Assembly: GCF_963921235.1 (NCBI RefSeq)
Contig: NC_086097.1
Coordinates: forward strand, 108,192,001-108,256,000
Source: Mobula hypostoma
Lineage: Eukaryota
Length of the DNA stretch: 64,000 nt
Reading direction: 5' to 3'
A model generated the notes under the pieces. The model was given only the letters and a program-made list of their open reading frames with translations, was not told where the DNA came from and did no database searches. The position numbers and the translations under genes were made by a program. This document shows positions 49,731 through 63,029 of the stretch, piece by piece. Position 1 is the first letter of the stretch, and each line of letters begins with the position of its first letter.

Positions 49731-52388
49731 AAACAAAAAAACACACTTATTCTAAGCATGCTTTAGCCAGATTATTCTGACCCACTGGGAGCAGTCTTCT
49801 AAGCTCCTACTCCACACCATTCTGACCCCACATCCCTCACTATTGCAGCATCTATTCATTTAGTAGCAATACCCCCAGAAGCTGGAAGTATCCCCTGCAT
49901 TATCATATGTTCCTTTAAAAGTTGGCTGCAAAGAGCTCGTGCTGTACTGCATATTGATAACCACACAGTTTCCCAGATCTCAGTAGGGAGCACCGCTCTG
50001 AAACCGACAATGTCAGTTTCAGAGCAGTGTTACACGTGAAAATGTAACCACGCTCTTCTGCAATTCTTGCTGTTAGTGCAACTTTAATACATCAAGTTAA
50101 AGAGACCAACAGAACTGTATGAATGGCAAAGGAAATAAGGAGGTGCAACTTCTCAGTCAGAATATTGTATTTAAATCCAGAGGTAAGTATGTTGCTCCTA
50201 AGCCAGGCTGATAAATGTGCATACCCAGAAGATAATAAATGAGAAGGCAGGAAAACGCTGTTCGAATGTAAACTTTGCCAGAGTTGAATGTTAGGACAGG
50301 AATCTAACTACAAATGTATACCAGCTTTTAAGGTTTACAAGAAAGTTTAAGAAATGGTAGAGGGTGAAAAATAAGCAGTTATTAATAATATAATACTAAG
50401 ACTTTTTGATAGAATTAAATGTTTAAAGATGATTGAAGGTTGTGTGTGGTGGCTGTGTAGGTATTGGGTAATGATGTCATAGGATACATAAATACAGAAA
50501 TTAGATATCTGTCTCAAAGGCAGTAATGGTTTTATTGGAAAAAAAATTAACTTGTGTTTTGATTGGGACCAACTAACCAATTTATGTTTGAAAGATAGTA
50601 AATTCTTGGAATGTGTTCAGAATAACTTTATAAAGAATATGCCCTAAAACGAACAAGGAAATGAGATGAGCCATGTTAGATTTAGTGTTGTTGATGAATC
50701 AGATTTAGCTTACAATGTGATATTGATATATATTTACTAATATACATGGTGGGATGGATTATGTTGGAAATGGCCCACCAATGGCTTCTGGGCGTCCACG
50801 GTCTTTCTACGATTGCTCTTACTGAGTGCAGAGAACTAATCTTGCTATTCCTCAGCTCTGTGAAAAAGGCATTGAAATCTGGACAGCTTTTAATGAGCTT
50901 CATTTTACTTTTGGCACTTATCACCAAATTTTCCCACCACACTAGACAAGGTAGCTCTTGACAGAGATCAAGGGCTATGCTTCCCTTCTGTAGGCTGCAA
51001 CTCTTGTCCACGGCCTGGTCAGTGCGGCTGGAATCTCCAGCGTGGGATTTCAGTCTCTGCCCCACACCTCCCAGGTTGCTGAACTGTTAATCAACTGCGA
51101 GTTGGTGTTGTCATCACCTCCTGCATCCTCCAATACCTCACCACCAAGAGGGCTCAGTGTTTGCCTAAAGCACTTGGGCAGGAAATGGAGCATGGAGCAG
51201 AGGTCACGAAAGAGGACAAGAGAGTGAGGGTCATCTCTAGAAGCATTTTAGTGCAGAGATTTGTACTCGTGGGGAAAAGGTAATGGGCAATGACAGGACA
51301 TCCTCACATCATCTGGTTTTGTCTTCATTGGCCAAGGTCCTATATTAAATGTTTTCTGTTTGTTTCCAGCTGTACATTTTAAGTGCAGGAGACTTCATTT
51401 ACTGTTGCTTAAGCATCTTGAAGGAAGTTAAATCTGATGTGTATGCATCTTTTATTTATGGATGAATCATTCGTCAGACAGCATTGGAGAAGTGAAAATT
51501 ATGGCAATGGTGTCACTTCCTTCTGTTGAATACGATTCTCTACACTAAGCAACCAAATCATCCTTGAAGGGTCTGATATAATGAATTTCTATAAGATCTT
51601 AGAGCAGCACTAGCATTAAGAGGACTGCTCACTGTATCCACAAGAATTATTCTCTGTGAACAACATGTTTCATTAATTGGGACAGGAGACTGCTACCAAA
51701 CACTTTTTATCTAGCGTCAGTTGTGTGCACTTGTGTGGCTGTTAAACTTGACACTGTGCTTAGAACAATCAGTTTTTAAATGTCATCAGTTTCTCTTCAA
51801 AAAGCAGTGATTTTTGTCTCTTGATAGTTGGCAAGAATACACAATTTTATAGTACTGTAGCAATAATGGTAGTGTTCTAATTTGTTCTGTATTTCATTTC
51901 AATACGTAATTTGTTATTAAGTTAAACAGTAGTTTGACTTGTTTTTAATACCTTTTTAACTATTTTCATGAAAATGTGACTAATTGGGCCAAAATATACT
52001 GGTCTCGATGTGTCCAAATTAACAAGAATACACTGTATTTACAGTTTCCGCGGCAGCAACTGACTGTCCAGACCTGGCTCAATTAGTGCTGACAGCAGCA
52101 GGAAGACTAGGTCAATGAGTCTGATCTCCATCCAAACATACCAGCAGCAACACAGAAATGCTAATTTAGAATGCAGCATTGAGTCTTGAGAACAGTCTTT
52201 GAATAAGTGACAACTTCTGAGACAATGTGTCAAGCATGGAGTTCTGTCATTATGGAACTATTCCCTTTTTTTTGCAATATTGCTTAATTTTGTATGTTAT
52301 GTAATTTGTATGTTTTTGCATTGTCCTGCTGCTGCTGAAAAACAACAAATTTCTCATCATGATGATAAACTTGATTCTGATTTTGTTC

Positions 52389-52556
52389 ACAAACTCTTGA
52401 GATTCTGCAGATGCTGGCAATCCAGAGCACAGTGCTGGAGGTCCTGATGAAAGGTCTCGGTCCTGAAGAAGGGTCTTGGCCTGAAACACTGACTCTTCCT
52501 TCCTTTCTGTAGGTGCCACCTGACCCGCTGAGTTCCTCCAGCTTTTTGTGTGTTGC
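52389..52556. mobile_element. Miniature inverted Penelope terminal remnant with a partly duplicated hammerhead
   Basis: Inverted terminus at 52389-52440, then GTC-CTGATGA-AAGGTCTCG-GTC-CTGAAGA-AGGGTCTTGGCCT-GAAA-CACT-GACTC and the forward terminus. Confidence 0.75.
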
Positions 52557-53039
52557 TTCTGATTATGTTGCTGCTTTAGACAGCAGTCTAGTGGGCAATG
52601 CGATAGTGTTCAGCAGCACACTGAATGCAGATCATGAAGATTCCAGACCAGTGGACTACCTGGGGGATGTGTGGTGCATTATTGTGCTACAGTCAAGCAT
52701 GGAAGACTTGGCAGCAGCTGCATCATTAGATGTGACAGTACCAATTCCAACAGTTCTCAAGAAACCAGCCTGTTCCATTTAAACATTGACTCAAGAGTGG
52801 TGAGTGATTTGTGCTCACTGTTCTACTAAACCTTAGGTCTATGCTTCCCAGACCAAACTTTCACTTGTATTTTAATATTTCCATATGACATGAAAGGAGG
52901 TTACTTGATTCATCAAGTCTTTACTGGCTTTCAGGCTTTAATATTTCTATTAATCTCCTTTCACCACTTAGTTCCCAGTGTTCCAATCTCTCAAAACCCA
53001 TTCACTCTGCTGTCTTCTAATCTCCTAATGTCCACCAGA

Positions 53040-53215
53040 ATGGGGTAATTTACTGTAGGCAATTAATCTACTGGCGCATCTTTGGGATGTGTCGGGAAAC
53101 CAGAGCACCCAGAAGAAACTCACACAGTCACGGAGAATGTGCAAACTCAACATGACAGCACCTGAGGTCAGGACTGAACGAGGGGCTCCTGTGAGACCCA
53201 GTGGGCTGTGGTAAT
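53040..53215 (-). mobile_element. V-SINE (HE1-like) fragment
   Basis: Minus strand GAGTTTGCACATTCTCCGTGACTGTGTGAGTTTCTTCTGGGTGCTCTGGTTTCCC matches the V-SINE central domain. Confidence 0.75.
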
Positions 53216-53516
53216 AACATTGTGTTACAGAGGGAACTGGACAAGCAGAGACATTGTCTATGTGGTTGGTGACAGAAACGAGTAAGCAGTGATGATACCA
53301 GTGTGGTCAGCGATGCACACGTCGAGTAGCGACACTTCTGATCTTTGCCGTAATGAATACACTGGAAGGAGGGGAATAACCTATAACGATATAAAATTGA
53401 GAACAAATGTTACAAAGACCATAATGATATTTCACCACCGATTGAGAAGGATAACAGATAGGTTATTGTTATTTTAAACCAACAGTGGTGGATCTATTAG
53501 CACACAATGACTCAGG

Positions 53517-53797
53517 AATTCAAAGTTGAAAGTAAATTTTATTATCAAAGTACATTTATGTCACCATATACAACCCTGAGATTCATTTTCTTGTGGGCAT
53601 ACTCAATAAGTCTATAGAATAGTAACTATAAGCAGGATCAATGAAAGACCACCCAACCGGAGTGCAGAAGATAATAAACTGTGCAAATGCAAATATAAAT
53701 AAATAGCAATAAATAACAAAAACATTAGATGAGTCCTTGAAAGTGAGTCCATTGGTTGTGGGAATGTTTCAATGATGGGGCAAGTGAAGTTGAGTGA
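53517..53797 (-). mobile_element. Rex1-type 3' UTR/tail
   Basis: Homologous to 35560-35848 and 61237-61455. Confidence 0.7.
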
Positions 53798-54267
53798 CTA
53801 GTGCTCACTGCTAATGTTTAGGTTCGTGCATATGGTTTTTAGTGCAATGGTGTACAGTTGTAGTTAATAGAAAATAGACAGAAGTCAAAAGCTAGGGAAG
53901 AAGGCTGCCAAGATCCACACCTAAGGACAAGGGAAGTGTACCTAAGCAATATATTTTAGGCAAGCGCACTGTCTATGAATGAACAATTACTGCCAGTTTC
54001 CCAAGTGCCTCCCAATGATTTCAAGAAAGTGTCTCTCAAAGTTAATGACTTGTAGTTGTAGCCTTTGCAGTTAGTAAAGATCTCTGGGATAAGAAGAGGA
54101 GGGAAGCACAAAGGACAAATTGAGTGCAAATCATCAACAACTGGGTCTCAGGGAAGCCTGCAATTCTACTAAATTCTTTGCTCAACCTTGTGGAATCTGC
54201 TGAGAGGAACATCGATAGTATATAGTAACAGTGAATTCTTTGAGCAGCCAACACCAAGAGATGCAAA

Positions 54268-54745
54268 GATCAAATTTATTATCACTGACATTTGTTGTGA
54301 AATTTGTTGTTTTGTGGCAGCAGTAGAGTGCAAGACATAAAAATTAATGTATGTTACAAAACTAAATAAATAGTGAAAAAGAAGAATAATGAGGTAGTAT
54401 TCAGGGGTTCATGGACTATTGAGAAATCTGATGGCAAATGGGAAAAAGCTGTTCCTAAAACTATGAATGTGGGTTTTCTGGCTCCTGGGCCGCCACCTCA
54501 ATGGTAGCAGCAAGAAAAGGGCATGACTCGGATGGGGAAGATTATTAATGTTAAAGTGATGCCTTCTTGAGGCACAGCCTTTAGAAGATGTTCTCCATGG
54601 TGCCCTTTGATGGAACTGGCTGTGTTTACAACCCTGTGAAACCTCTTACAATCCTGTGCACTGTCATGTCCACACCAGACACTGATGGAATCAGTCAGAT
54701 TGCTCTCCACAGTACATCTATAAAAAATTGTAAAAGTCTTTGGTA
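54268..54745 (-). mobile_element. Rex1/Babar LINE 3' end
   Basis: ORF 54498-54710 ESNLTDSISVWCG..DCKRFHRVVNTASSI; 3' UTR homologous to 59964-60200. Confidence 0.75.
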
Positions 54746-55261
54746 AGTACTGTACAGTTCAATGCCTCTGATTACTTGACGATGATTAAGAGAGAAACAA
54801 CATCAAAAATGTTGATCCAACTCTTCCTCTATGTTTCAAAATTTTGAAATTAAACAAATTTATTTGGACCAGTGAATGAATAGTCAATGGATGCACCAAT
54901 CCATCATTATTTGGACTCTTATTTTTCTAGTTGAAAAATTAGAAGTGCATTCATTGAACTATACATTTACCAAGTAATACAAAATTATCAACAAAACAGA
55001 ACCACAGCTTTTAGCCCAGTTGATTTATGTTTATGTTTCATCAAACTTCCTTTCTTCTTTGTCTAACCCCATCAACATAACCTTCTATTTTCCCTCATGT
55101 TTACCTGGTTGCTCTTAAATGCATTCAAATCATTTGCTGCAATGTCTCTAAATGCATCCCCAATGTAGTCCTAGAGTTCTTGATAAATTTTGACAAACTC
55201 TCCGCACCCACCCATCCCACCTCTCCACTAATCCCACTGGAAACTTGTCACTTTTGACTTC

Positions 55262-56290
55262 CTCAGGGCCCAGAATCGATCCTCGGAGATGTTGATGCCC
55301 AGGAACTTGAAACTGCTCATCCTTTCTACTCAATGATGTATGGAGCATGTTCTCCTGACTCATACTCCTGAAGTCTACAATCAGTTCTTTGGTTTCACTG
55401 ATGTTGTGTGAAGTTGTTGTTGTGACATTAATCAACCAGCTCATCTGTCTCACTTCTGTGCACTTCCTCGTTACCATCTGAGATACTACCAACATCAGTG
55501 GTGTCATTGGTGAATTTATGGATGGTTTTCAGCTGTGCCTAGCCACCCCATTGTGATTGTAGAGAGAATAGAGCAATGGGCTAAGCATGTATTTTTGGGG
55601 TGCATGTGTGTTGATTATCAGTGAGGAAATGTTATTAATACCAATTCACACTGACTGTGGTCTCCCGATAAGGAAGCTGAGAATCCGTTTGTAGAGGCCC
55701 AGGTTTCACAGCGTGTTGATTAGTACTGAGGGGATTATGGTGTTGAACTCAAAGCTGTAATAGATAAATACCGGCCTGACATATATATTACTGTAGTCTA
55801 GGTGCTTTGAAGCCAAGTGGAGAGTGAGACTGCATCTGCTGTAGACCTATTGTGGCACTAGGCAAAATGCAGAAGGTCCAGGTCTTTCCTTCAGGGAGGA
55901 ATTAATTCTAGCCATGACCAACCTCTCAAAGGACTTCATCACAGTAGATGTGAGTGCTACCAGGCAACATTCGTTGAAGCAGCTTACCCTGTTCTCCTTG
56001 GATACTGGTATGAGAGATGGCTTTTTGAAGCAGGTGGGAACCTCCAACTGGATCAGTGAGTGGTTGAAGATGTCCTCGAACACTCCAACCAGTTGGCCAG
56101 CACAGGTTTTCAGTACCTGCCAGGCATACCGTCAGGGCCTGACACCTTGCAAGGCTTCACTCTCTTGCAGGAAGTTCTGTCATCCCCCTCAGAGACAGAG
56201 GTCACAGGGTTGCCAGATGCTGTGGAAGTTCCCTTTCAAAGAATGCATGAAAGTCATTAAGCTTGTTGGGGAATGAAGCATCACTATCAA
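55262..56290 (-). mobile_element. Rex1/Babar LINE RT fragment
   Basis: ORF 55847-56083 DIFNHSLIQLEVPTCFKK..VALTSTVMKSFERLV; ETKELIVDFR. Confidence 0.85.
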
Positions 56291-56467
56291 TTATTATGCT
56301 ACTAGGGTCAAGAGGCATAGTATTCAAAAGCAAGGATGTGATGCGAGGCTCCATAAGGCATTAGTTAGACCAGCTTGGGGCACATATCTAAGAAAAATTA
56401 TGCTGGAATCGTCGAGGGTCCAAAACTGGTTTACAACAATAATCCTGGAAATGAAAGGGTTAATGTA

Positions 56468-56994
56468 TACTCAGTGGAGTGTACCTAAGACAGGGACCAC
56501 AGGAATGGAACACAGTGTGGTCTTCTGCTGCTGTAGCCGAGCCACTTCAGGGTTTGATGTGTTGTGCTTTTAGAAATGCTCCTCTGCACAACGCTTTTGT
56601 AACACATGATTATTTGAGTTACTGTCACCTCTTTGCCAACTTAAACCAGTCTGACCATTCCATTCTTAACTTTCTCATTAACAATGAGCTTTCTCCCACA
56701 GAAATGCTGCTCACTGGATGTTTTGTTTTTTTGCACCATTCTCTGTAGACTCTAGAGACCTGAAAATCCCAGCAGGTCAGCAGTTTCTGAGATACTCAAA
56801 ACCACTCAATCTGGCACCAATAATCATTCCATGGCAAAAGTCACTTCTTCCCCATTCTGATGTTTGGTTTGAATAGCAGCTGAACTTCTTGACCATGTCT
56901 GTATGGTTTTATGTGTTGAGTTGCTGCCTCATAGTCGGCTGATTAGATTTTTGCATTAATGAGCAGGTGTACCTAAAAACGTGGCCACTAAGTG
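56468..56994. mobile_element. Non-autonomous Tc1/mariner element inserted in a CR1 fragment
   Basis: TA|TACTCAGTGG..GTGGCCACTAAGTG|TA. Removing it rejoins the CR1-like sequence GGGTTAATGTA-TGAG (host fragment ~56305-57030). Confidence 0.75.
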
Positions 56995-57076
56995 TATGAG
57001 CCCATTTGATGGCCCTGGGACTACCCAATCACTCCTTAAAAGTACAGCCCTCCATTCTGAACAATATTTTGATTAC

Positions 57077-57400
57077 AAACAAGAGAAAATCAGGTGCTGG
57101 AAATCCGAGCAACACACACAAAATGCTGGAGAAACTCAGCAGGCCAGGCAGCGTCTATGGAAAAGAGTACAGTCAATGTTTCGGGCCGAAAGCCTTTGGC
57201 AGGGCTCAAATCCTGATTCATTTTGATTAATCTTTTCTTTGCTCTTTTTAATCCTGCCATGACCAGAAATATACACAATTCCTGATGATGCCTGAAATGT
57301 TGACTCTTCAATCCTCTTCAGAGATGCTGTCCGAATGGCTGCGTTCCTCCAGCTTTTTGTGTTTGTTGCTCTGGATTTCCAGCTTCTGAAGAATCTCCTT
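57077..57400. mobile_element. Miniature inverted pair of Penelope termini
   Basis: 57077-57205 (minus) and ~57280-57400 (plus) are terminal-repeat copies with decayed hammerhead motifs. Confidence 0.7.
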
Positions 57401-57845
57401 TGGAGATTTATAATATATGCAATGCTCCAGATGACCAATGTTTTCTACAGCTCCAACATTGCGTGTATGAGGAGGGCTTAAAATTGTACAGCTGGAAATC
57501 TGATTAATTTAAATGTCCAATGAAATAGAAGCTTTGGACTAACATGATCTAATTTCTACTGACAGCTTTCTAAAACTGCTTCTTCCACAAGAAATTACAT
57601 TATGAACCCACCAAAGATGTAGAAAATCACTCATGCTTACAAACAAGATTCATGATAGGAACACAATATTTGAGCTTTTGAGTGCTGCAGTTCAGCCCAT
57701 TTTCAGGGAGCTATGCTCCAGGAAACAGAAATTTTCACATGCCTGGCACTGAGAAAATGCAAGGGAATTTCGAGGCTCTGGATTCCAAGGATTAAATTAT
57801 GATCTGAAGTTAGAGAAAGAAACTTCGTGGTACGTAGAAGGTGAT

Positions 57846-58022
57846 AGACACCAAGAGATCCTGCAGATACTGGAAATCCAGAGCAACACACACAAAATGC
57901 TGGAGGAACTCAGCAGGTCAGGCAGCATCAATAGAAATTAATAAACAATTGACATTTCAGGCTGAGACCTTTCATTATGACTAAGGGAAGAGGGAAGATG
58001 CTAGAATGAAAAAAGGTTGGGG
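57846..58022 (-). mobile_element. Penelope terminal-repeat fragment
   Basis: CTGCAGATACTGGAAATCCAGAGCAACACACACAAAATGCTGGAGGAACTCAGCAGGTCAGGCAGCATC, shared with the other copies. Confidence 0.75.
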
Positions 58023-58880
58023 AAGTCAAAGTACATTTATTATCAAAGTATGTGTACTTTATACAGACTTGAGATTTGTCTTCTTACAGGTAGCTACAAA
58101 ACAAAAGAAAGACTGTCAAACACCCAACGTGCAGAAAAAAAACAAAGGAAGAAATTGTGCGCAAGTAAAAGTAAGCAAATGACATTCAGAACCGAAGTTC
58201 ACAGAAGTGAGTTCACACTGTGATAGTGGTAGGCCACAGCCACAGTTTAGCGTGGAGATGAGTAAAACTCGTGGAGCAATGATTTGAACTGGCCTGTGTC
58301 TTGCTGCCAGCCCCAACATCTGGACCTTTTCGATCAGGCCCGGTGCTTTAATTGTCCAGTCCTTGCTTCGGACCCGGAGCTTGCCGCTTTGATACGCTTT
58401 CTGGCTGGTGCCTCCTCAATTCGGCCCATACCCAACTTTTCCAGTCTGCTCAGTGCTTTAATCAATCAAACCTTGGGTCTTTCCTTGCTCTCAGGCCCAG
58501 GGCTGGGCCCCGTTGCCTCGAGTCTACATTGCCTCTGCTCGCCTCGCCTTGGTTCTGCCGAATTGAATTGTCTCCAGGTTTGCTCCAGGAATGGCCAAAC
58601 ATTGGCTCAATCCCCACTCTTCAACCTGGACCCCAATACCTTGATTCGACCCGTACAGATCGCGCCGCAGCCGTCCTGCACCTTAGAGACTTCAGTTCCC
58701 ACTGCAAAAATTCCAGGTCATACAGGCAATTCAAAAGCTCAACTCCGACAGGAAGGTTACAGTCTATTGTTTGTAGTGATTGTTTGGCAGAAAAAAATAT
58801 AGTTAATGATTTAGTTGTTTTCTTTGTTTCATTTGCCGCCAGCAAGCAGTCGCGGAGCTTCACCAACGTCACCTTAAAAT
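58023..58880 (-). mobile_element. Non-autonomous retroposon (family A-like)
   Basis: Minus strand starts AAGGTGACGTTGGTGAAG..AAACAATCACTACAAACAAT and ends CTTTGATAATAAATGTACTTTGAC, paralleling 617-1578. Confidence 0.55.
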
Positions 58881-59489
58881 GGTAGTTGTTTAAGGAGGTA
58901 GAAGGTACTGGTATGATTTCATCAGAATTAAGGGGACCTGCTAGAGTTTCTACGAATTGCCTGGTCATGGAGCCAATAGCACGACACAGCACAGAAACAG
59001 GCCCTATAGCACACTCTGTACCAAGCATCAAACACCTAACCTTTTTAATTCTGCATCCCTTCCCATCAACTCACCACCAGCCTCAGCTACTCACCGTCAC
59101 ACCAGAAGCAATACACAGTTTGGATCCAGGCACCAAGGATCAAGTTTATTTACCATATACATTTACATATATTAGGAATTTGCTGTGTTGTGTTGGTCAG
59201 GGTGCAACATACAACAAAAAGCAAAAACATTCAACAATTATAAAGAATAAGGAGTTACATAAACAAATAAAGTTAGAAGTTAAATTACAGACATGGATTA
59301 AAATGTACATAAATGTCAGCATGTATTTACAATGCAAATAGGGTTATAAAATGGTTTAAAATGTTTATAGTGTAGTGCAGTAACTGCGGTAATAGAGAAA
59401 GGGGTGGGGACGCTGGCTAGAATGGCTGATCAGATTAACTGCCTGGCAGAAGAATCTTTTAAGGTGACGTTAAGCTTTCGTACGCAGTT

Positions 59490-59655
59490 GCTAGTTGAGC
59501 TATTAATCCACACATACTGGGCATGTGGGAGGTAACAGGAGGACAATAGAGAGACTCGCACAGCCACAATGAGAACTTGCAAACTGCACCCAGACAGAAC
59601 CAAGGTCAGGATTAAACTCATACCACTGGACCAGTGAGGCAGCAACAACACAGCT
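59490..59655 (-). mobile_element. V-SINE fragment (diverged)
   Basis: Minus strand GTGCAGTTTGCAAGTTCTC..TGTGCGAGTCTC..CTCCTGTTACCTCCCACATGCCC; homologous to 53040-53215. Confidence 0.6.
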
Positions 59656-59963
59656 AAAAGTTATAATCTGACCTGTTAAAATGCTTCTGCACACAGGAGG
59701 TGATAGGACTGTGGACCCTTCTTCTGCAGACATGTTAGATCATATTTTAAAATGTGACACTGAGGTCTTTGTTAGCCAAAGAGATTAAGGAAGAGGGACA
59801 GAAGTACAGAGTTAGGCCGCAGAGCAGCTGTGATCTGACAGAATGGCAGAAAAGACTTGAGAGACTGTGGAAACAAACCCTCTTCCAATTATCCTTTACC
59901 ATGGTGGCATCAGGGTGTTATATCAGAAACAGCAAGACTAGAATTTGTTTCAAAGTTCAAGGT

Positions 59964-61230
59964 CAGCATCAGTGTACTATCACTGGCATATGTTGTGAAA
60001 TTTGTTGTTGTGCAGTAGCAGTACAATGCAATACATAATAAAAACTAAATTACAATAGGAAGTAAATATATTTATTTAAAAGTTGAATTAAATAAGTAGT
60101 GTAAAAATAGAAAGAAAAGAAAATGAGGTAGTGTTCATGGTTTCAATGTGCATTCAGGAATCTGATGGCAGAGGAGAAGTTGGTCGTGAATCATTGAGTG
60201 TCTACCTCCTTCCTGATGGTACAATGATATGAGAACATGTCCTGGGTGATGGGGGTCCTTAATGATGGATTTTGCCTTTTTGAGGCACCGCTCCTTGACA
60301 ATGTCCTGAATACTATGGAGGAGCTGACCGAGTTCACAACTTTCGATCCTGTGTAGTGTTTCTCCCATCCCCCCCCCAACACAGCCCATGATGCAGCCAG
60401 TTAGAATACGCTCCACTGTACATCTGTAGAAATTTGTGAGTGTTTTTGGTGACATACCAAATCTCCTCAAACTCCTCATAAGATTTAGCCACTGTCATGC
60501 CTTCTTTGTAACTGCTCATTATGTTGGGCCCAGGATAGATCCTCAGAGATGTTGACACCAAGGAACTTGGATTGCTCACTCTTTCCATTTCTGATCCCTC
60601 AATGAGGATTGGTGTGTGTTCCCTCTTCTCACCCTTTCTGAAGTCTACAGTCAGTTGCTGTGACACCATTCAATCAGCTGATCTATCTTGATCCTATGTA
60701 CCTTTTATCTGAAATTCTACCAACAGTAGTTGTGTTGTAAGCAAATTTATAGACAGCATATAGGCTGTGCCTAGCCACACAGTCATGGGTGTAGAGAGAG
60801 CAGAGCAGTGGGTTAAGTACACATCCTTGAGGTACGCCAGTGTTGATTGTCAGTGAGGTGGTGATGTTATTTCTGATCCGCAAAGACTGTGGTCTTCCGA
60901 TGTTGAAGTTGAGGATCCAGTTGCAGAGGGAGGTGCAAAGGCCCAGGTTTTGGAGCTTTCTGAACAGACTGTAGAAATGATTGTGTTAAATGCTGGGCTG
61001 TAGTCAATAAACAGCCACTGGACATAAGTATTAGTGTTGTCCAGGTGATTCAAGGCCACGTGAAGAGCCAATGAGTTTGCAGACCTATTGTGGCAATAGG
61101 AGAATTGCAGTGTGTCCAGGTCCATGAAGTTAATTCTAGACATAACCATCCTCTCAAAGCGCTTCATCACCGTAGATATGTGCGGCTGGGTGATGGTCAT
61201 TAAGGGAGCTCACTCTGTTCTTGGACACTT
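59964..61230 (-). mobile_element. Rex1/Babar LINE (RT to 3' end)
   Basis: ORFs with [40 protein letters not shown] and LTNFYRCTVERILTGCI. Confidence 0.9.
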
Positions 61231-61236
61231 ATATGA

Positions 61237-61455
61237 TGGTTTATTGTCAAAGTACATGTACGTCACCATATACAACCCTGAGATTTGTTTTTGTGTGGGC
61301 ATACTCTGTAAATCCAAGAACTACAATAGAATCAATGTAAGACTCTATCCAACAGGATGGACAAACAACCAATGTGCCAAAGGCATCAAACTGTGCAAAT
61401 ACAAAAAGGAAAAAAAGCAATAAATATCAAGAACATGAGATGAAGAGTCCTCGAA
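61237..61455 (-). mobile_element. Rex1-type 3' UTR/tail
   Basis: Homologous to 53517-53797. Confidence 0.7.
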
Positions 61456-63029
61456 ACAACTGTTTGCATGACAATTTTACTTTCGGGTTTGTGTCCTGGA
61501 ACATGTATATGCCTTTGGTTGATTATTGCCTATCTTAATCAGTGAAATTTGATGAAAAGATGAACAATTGTTAATATTTAAAATAGGGTGAGATATGGAA
61601 AAATGCTTGTTACATCATCATCTTTACTGAAGCCTGAAACTTGCTTCTATTTTTGGTCTTTTTGTGATTTCACAGTTCCCCATAGATTACAATGTAAGAA
61701 GGAAGCTGAATAGTTCACTTCATTTAGTAGCTTTTGTGTTTGAGCTAAAACCTTTGTGACAGGCTTGAAGCAAAAATATCTATGAACGTGCACTGTTAAC
61801 AATTCTGCAGGCAGTGTTCCTGGTGTAAAATTTGTTTAAATTTTATATTTGTTTAAAATTACATTTTGGACAATGCTGCATTATCTTAGGAAAACTGATG
61901 GAAGAAAAAAATGTTTCAAAACTCATCTTCAATTAGTTGTTTCTTTCCTTGGAAGATATTAAACAAGAAATGTGTAGATCTGTTGTATTAATAAATGTTT
62001 GGTCACTTCTCAATGATAATTTCTGATTGTCTCCAGGTTTTGATCAATTTATTCATAAATTCTTTGTTTCTGACTCCCAGCTGATTCCACATTGTAAACC
62101 CATCAACAAACAATGATAGGAGAACGCCATCTCTGAGTGCTTGAAGGAAAAGAAGAGATACATTTATAAGTGTTTACATGCCAAAGTTTGGAAAGTTTAT
62201 CAGAGAATATTTACTTTTTAAGGGGGTGAACATCTAATATAAAGAAACTGCCTGAATTGATCAGAATTAACTGAATTATATCCGTTCTTTAGTCATTTCT
62301 TCACATATATTCGTAGTTCCTAAATGATTTATTGTTGATACATGCATGAAAGTTAACCTCTAACTTTATTTTTATATATTTTTATTGTCTTTATAATTAT
62401 TGAACGATGTTGCATGTCGTACCAAGAGACCACAGCAAATTCCTAATATAGTAAATGTATATGGTGAATAAGATTGATCTTTGAGTCACTGAGCATGACT
62501 TTCAGGAGCTAATTTGCTCAGTCCTGGTAGACCACATTTTAATGTAATCACAGCCCATGCTAATCTTATTTATGGTGTAACTACCTTGTTAATTGTGAAA
62601 TCTGATTTCATAACAGTCTTGTTCAATAATCTTAATTCTTTTTTATCTTGGAATCTGTCAACTTTGAAAGCTATTTTAAATAGAAAAGTATTTTATACAG
62701 AACAATCGACAGTTTTAAAGACAGGATTAACAACCGAACATCAGCAGCAATATCTGTGCCTTTCAATTACATCAAGTTAAATCACAATACAATTGAAAGC
62801 AGGTCCTTAGCAAGTCATTTTGTGTATCAATTAATGTGTATTTGTAAAAATGATACATATGCTTTGTTGCTTAATCAGTTTGAGGTTCTATTTAAATAGA
62901 TTTGAGTTTGCCTCTCTTTGACAACTTTATGTTTGGTGTAATCAACGTCAGAACCATCCGAAGGCTTAATCTCCAGTCTGCTCTAAGGGTTATGTTGTCA
63001 CTGCGCTGTTTATGATGTTTCAGATTCTG

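Noticed and set aside
35840..49766. Giant ORFs (up to 4634 aa) resembling extensin/mucin (P/H/T) or G/W/V-rich proteins
   Set aside because: The repeat has almost no G and no TAA on the top strand, so it cannot form stops there. Multiple frames on both strands are open, the 16-bp unit is not a multiple of 3, and indels are not frame-preserving.
58284..59341. Overlapping 136-177 aa ORFs
   Set aside because: They span GC-rich retroposon sequence and junctions between unrelated repeats, with no recognisable domain or splice structure.
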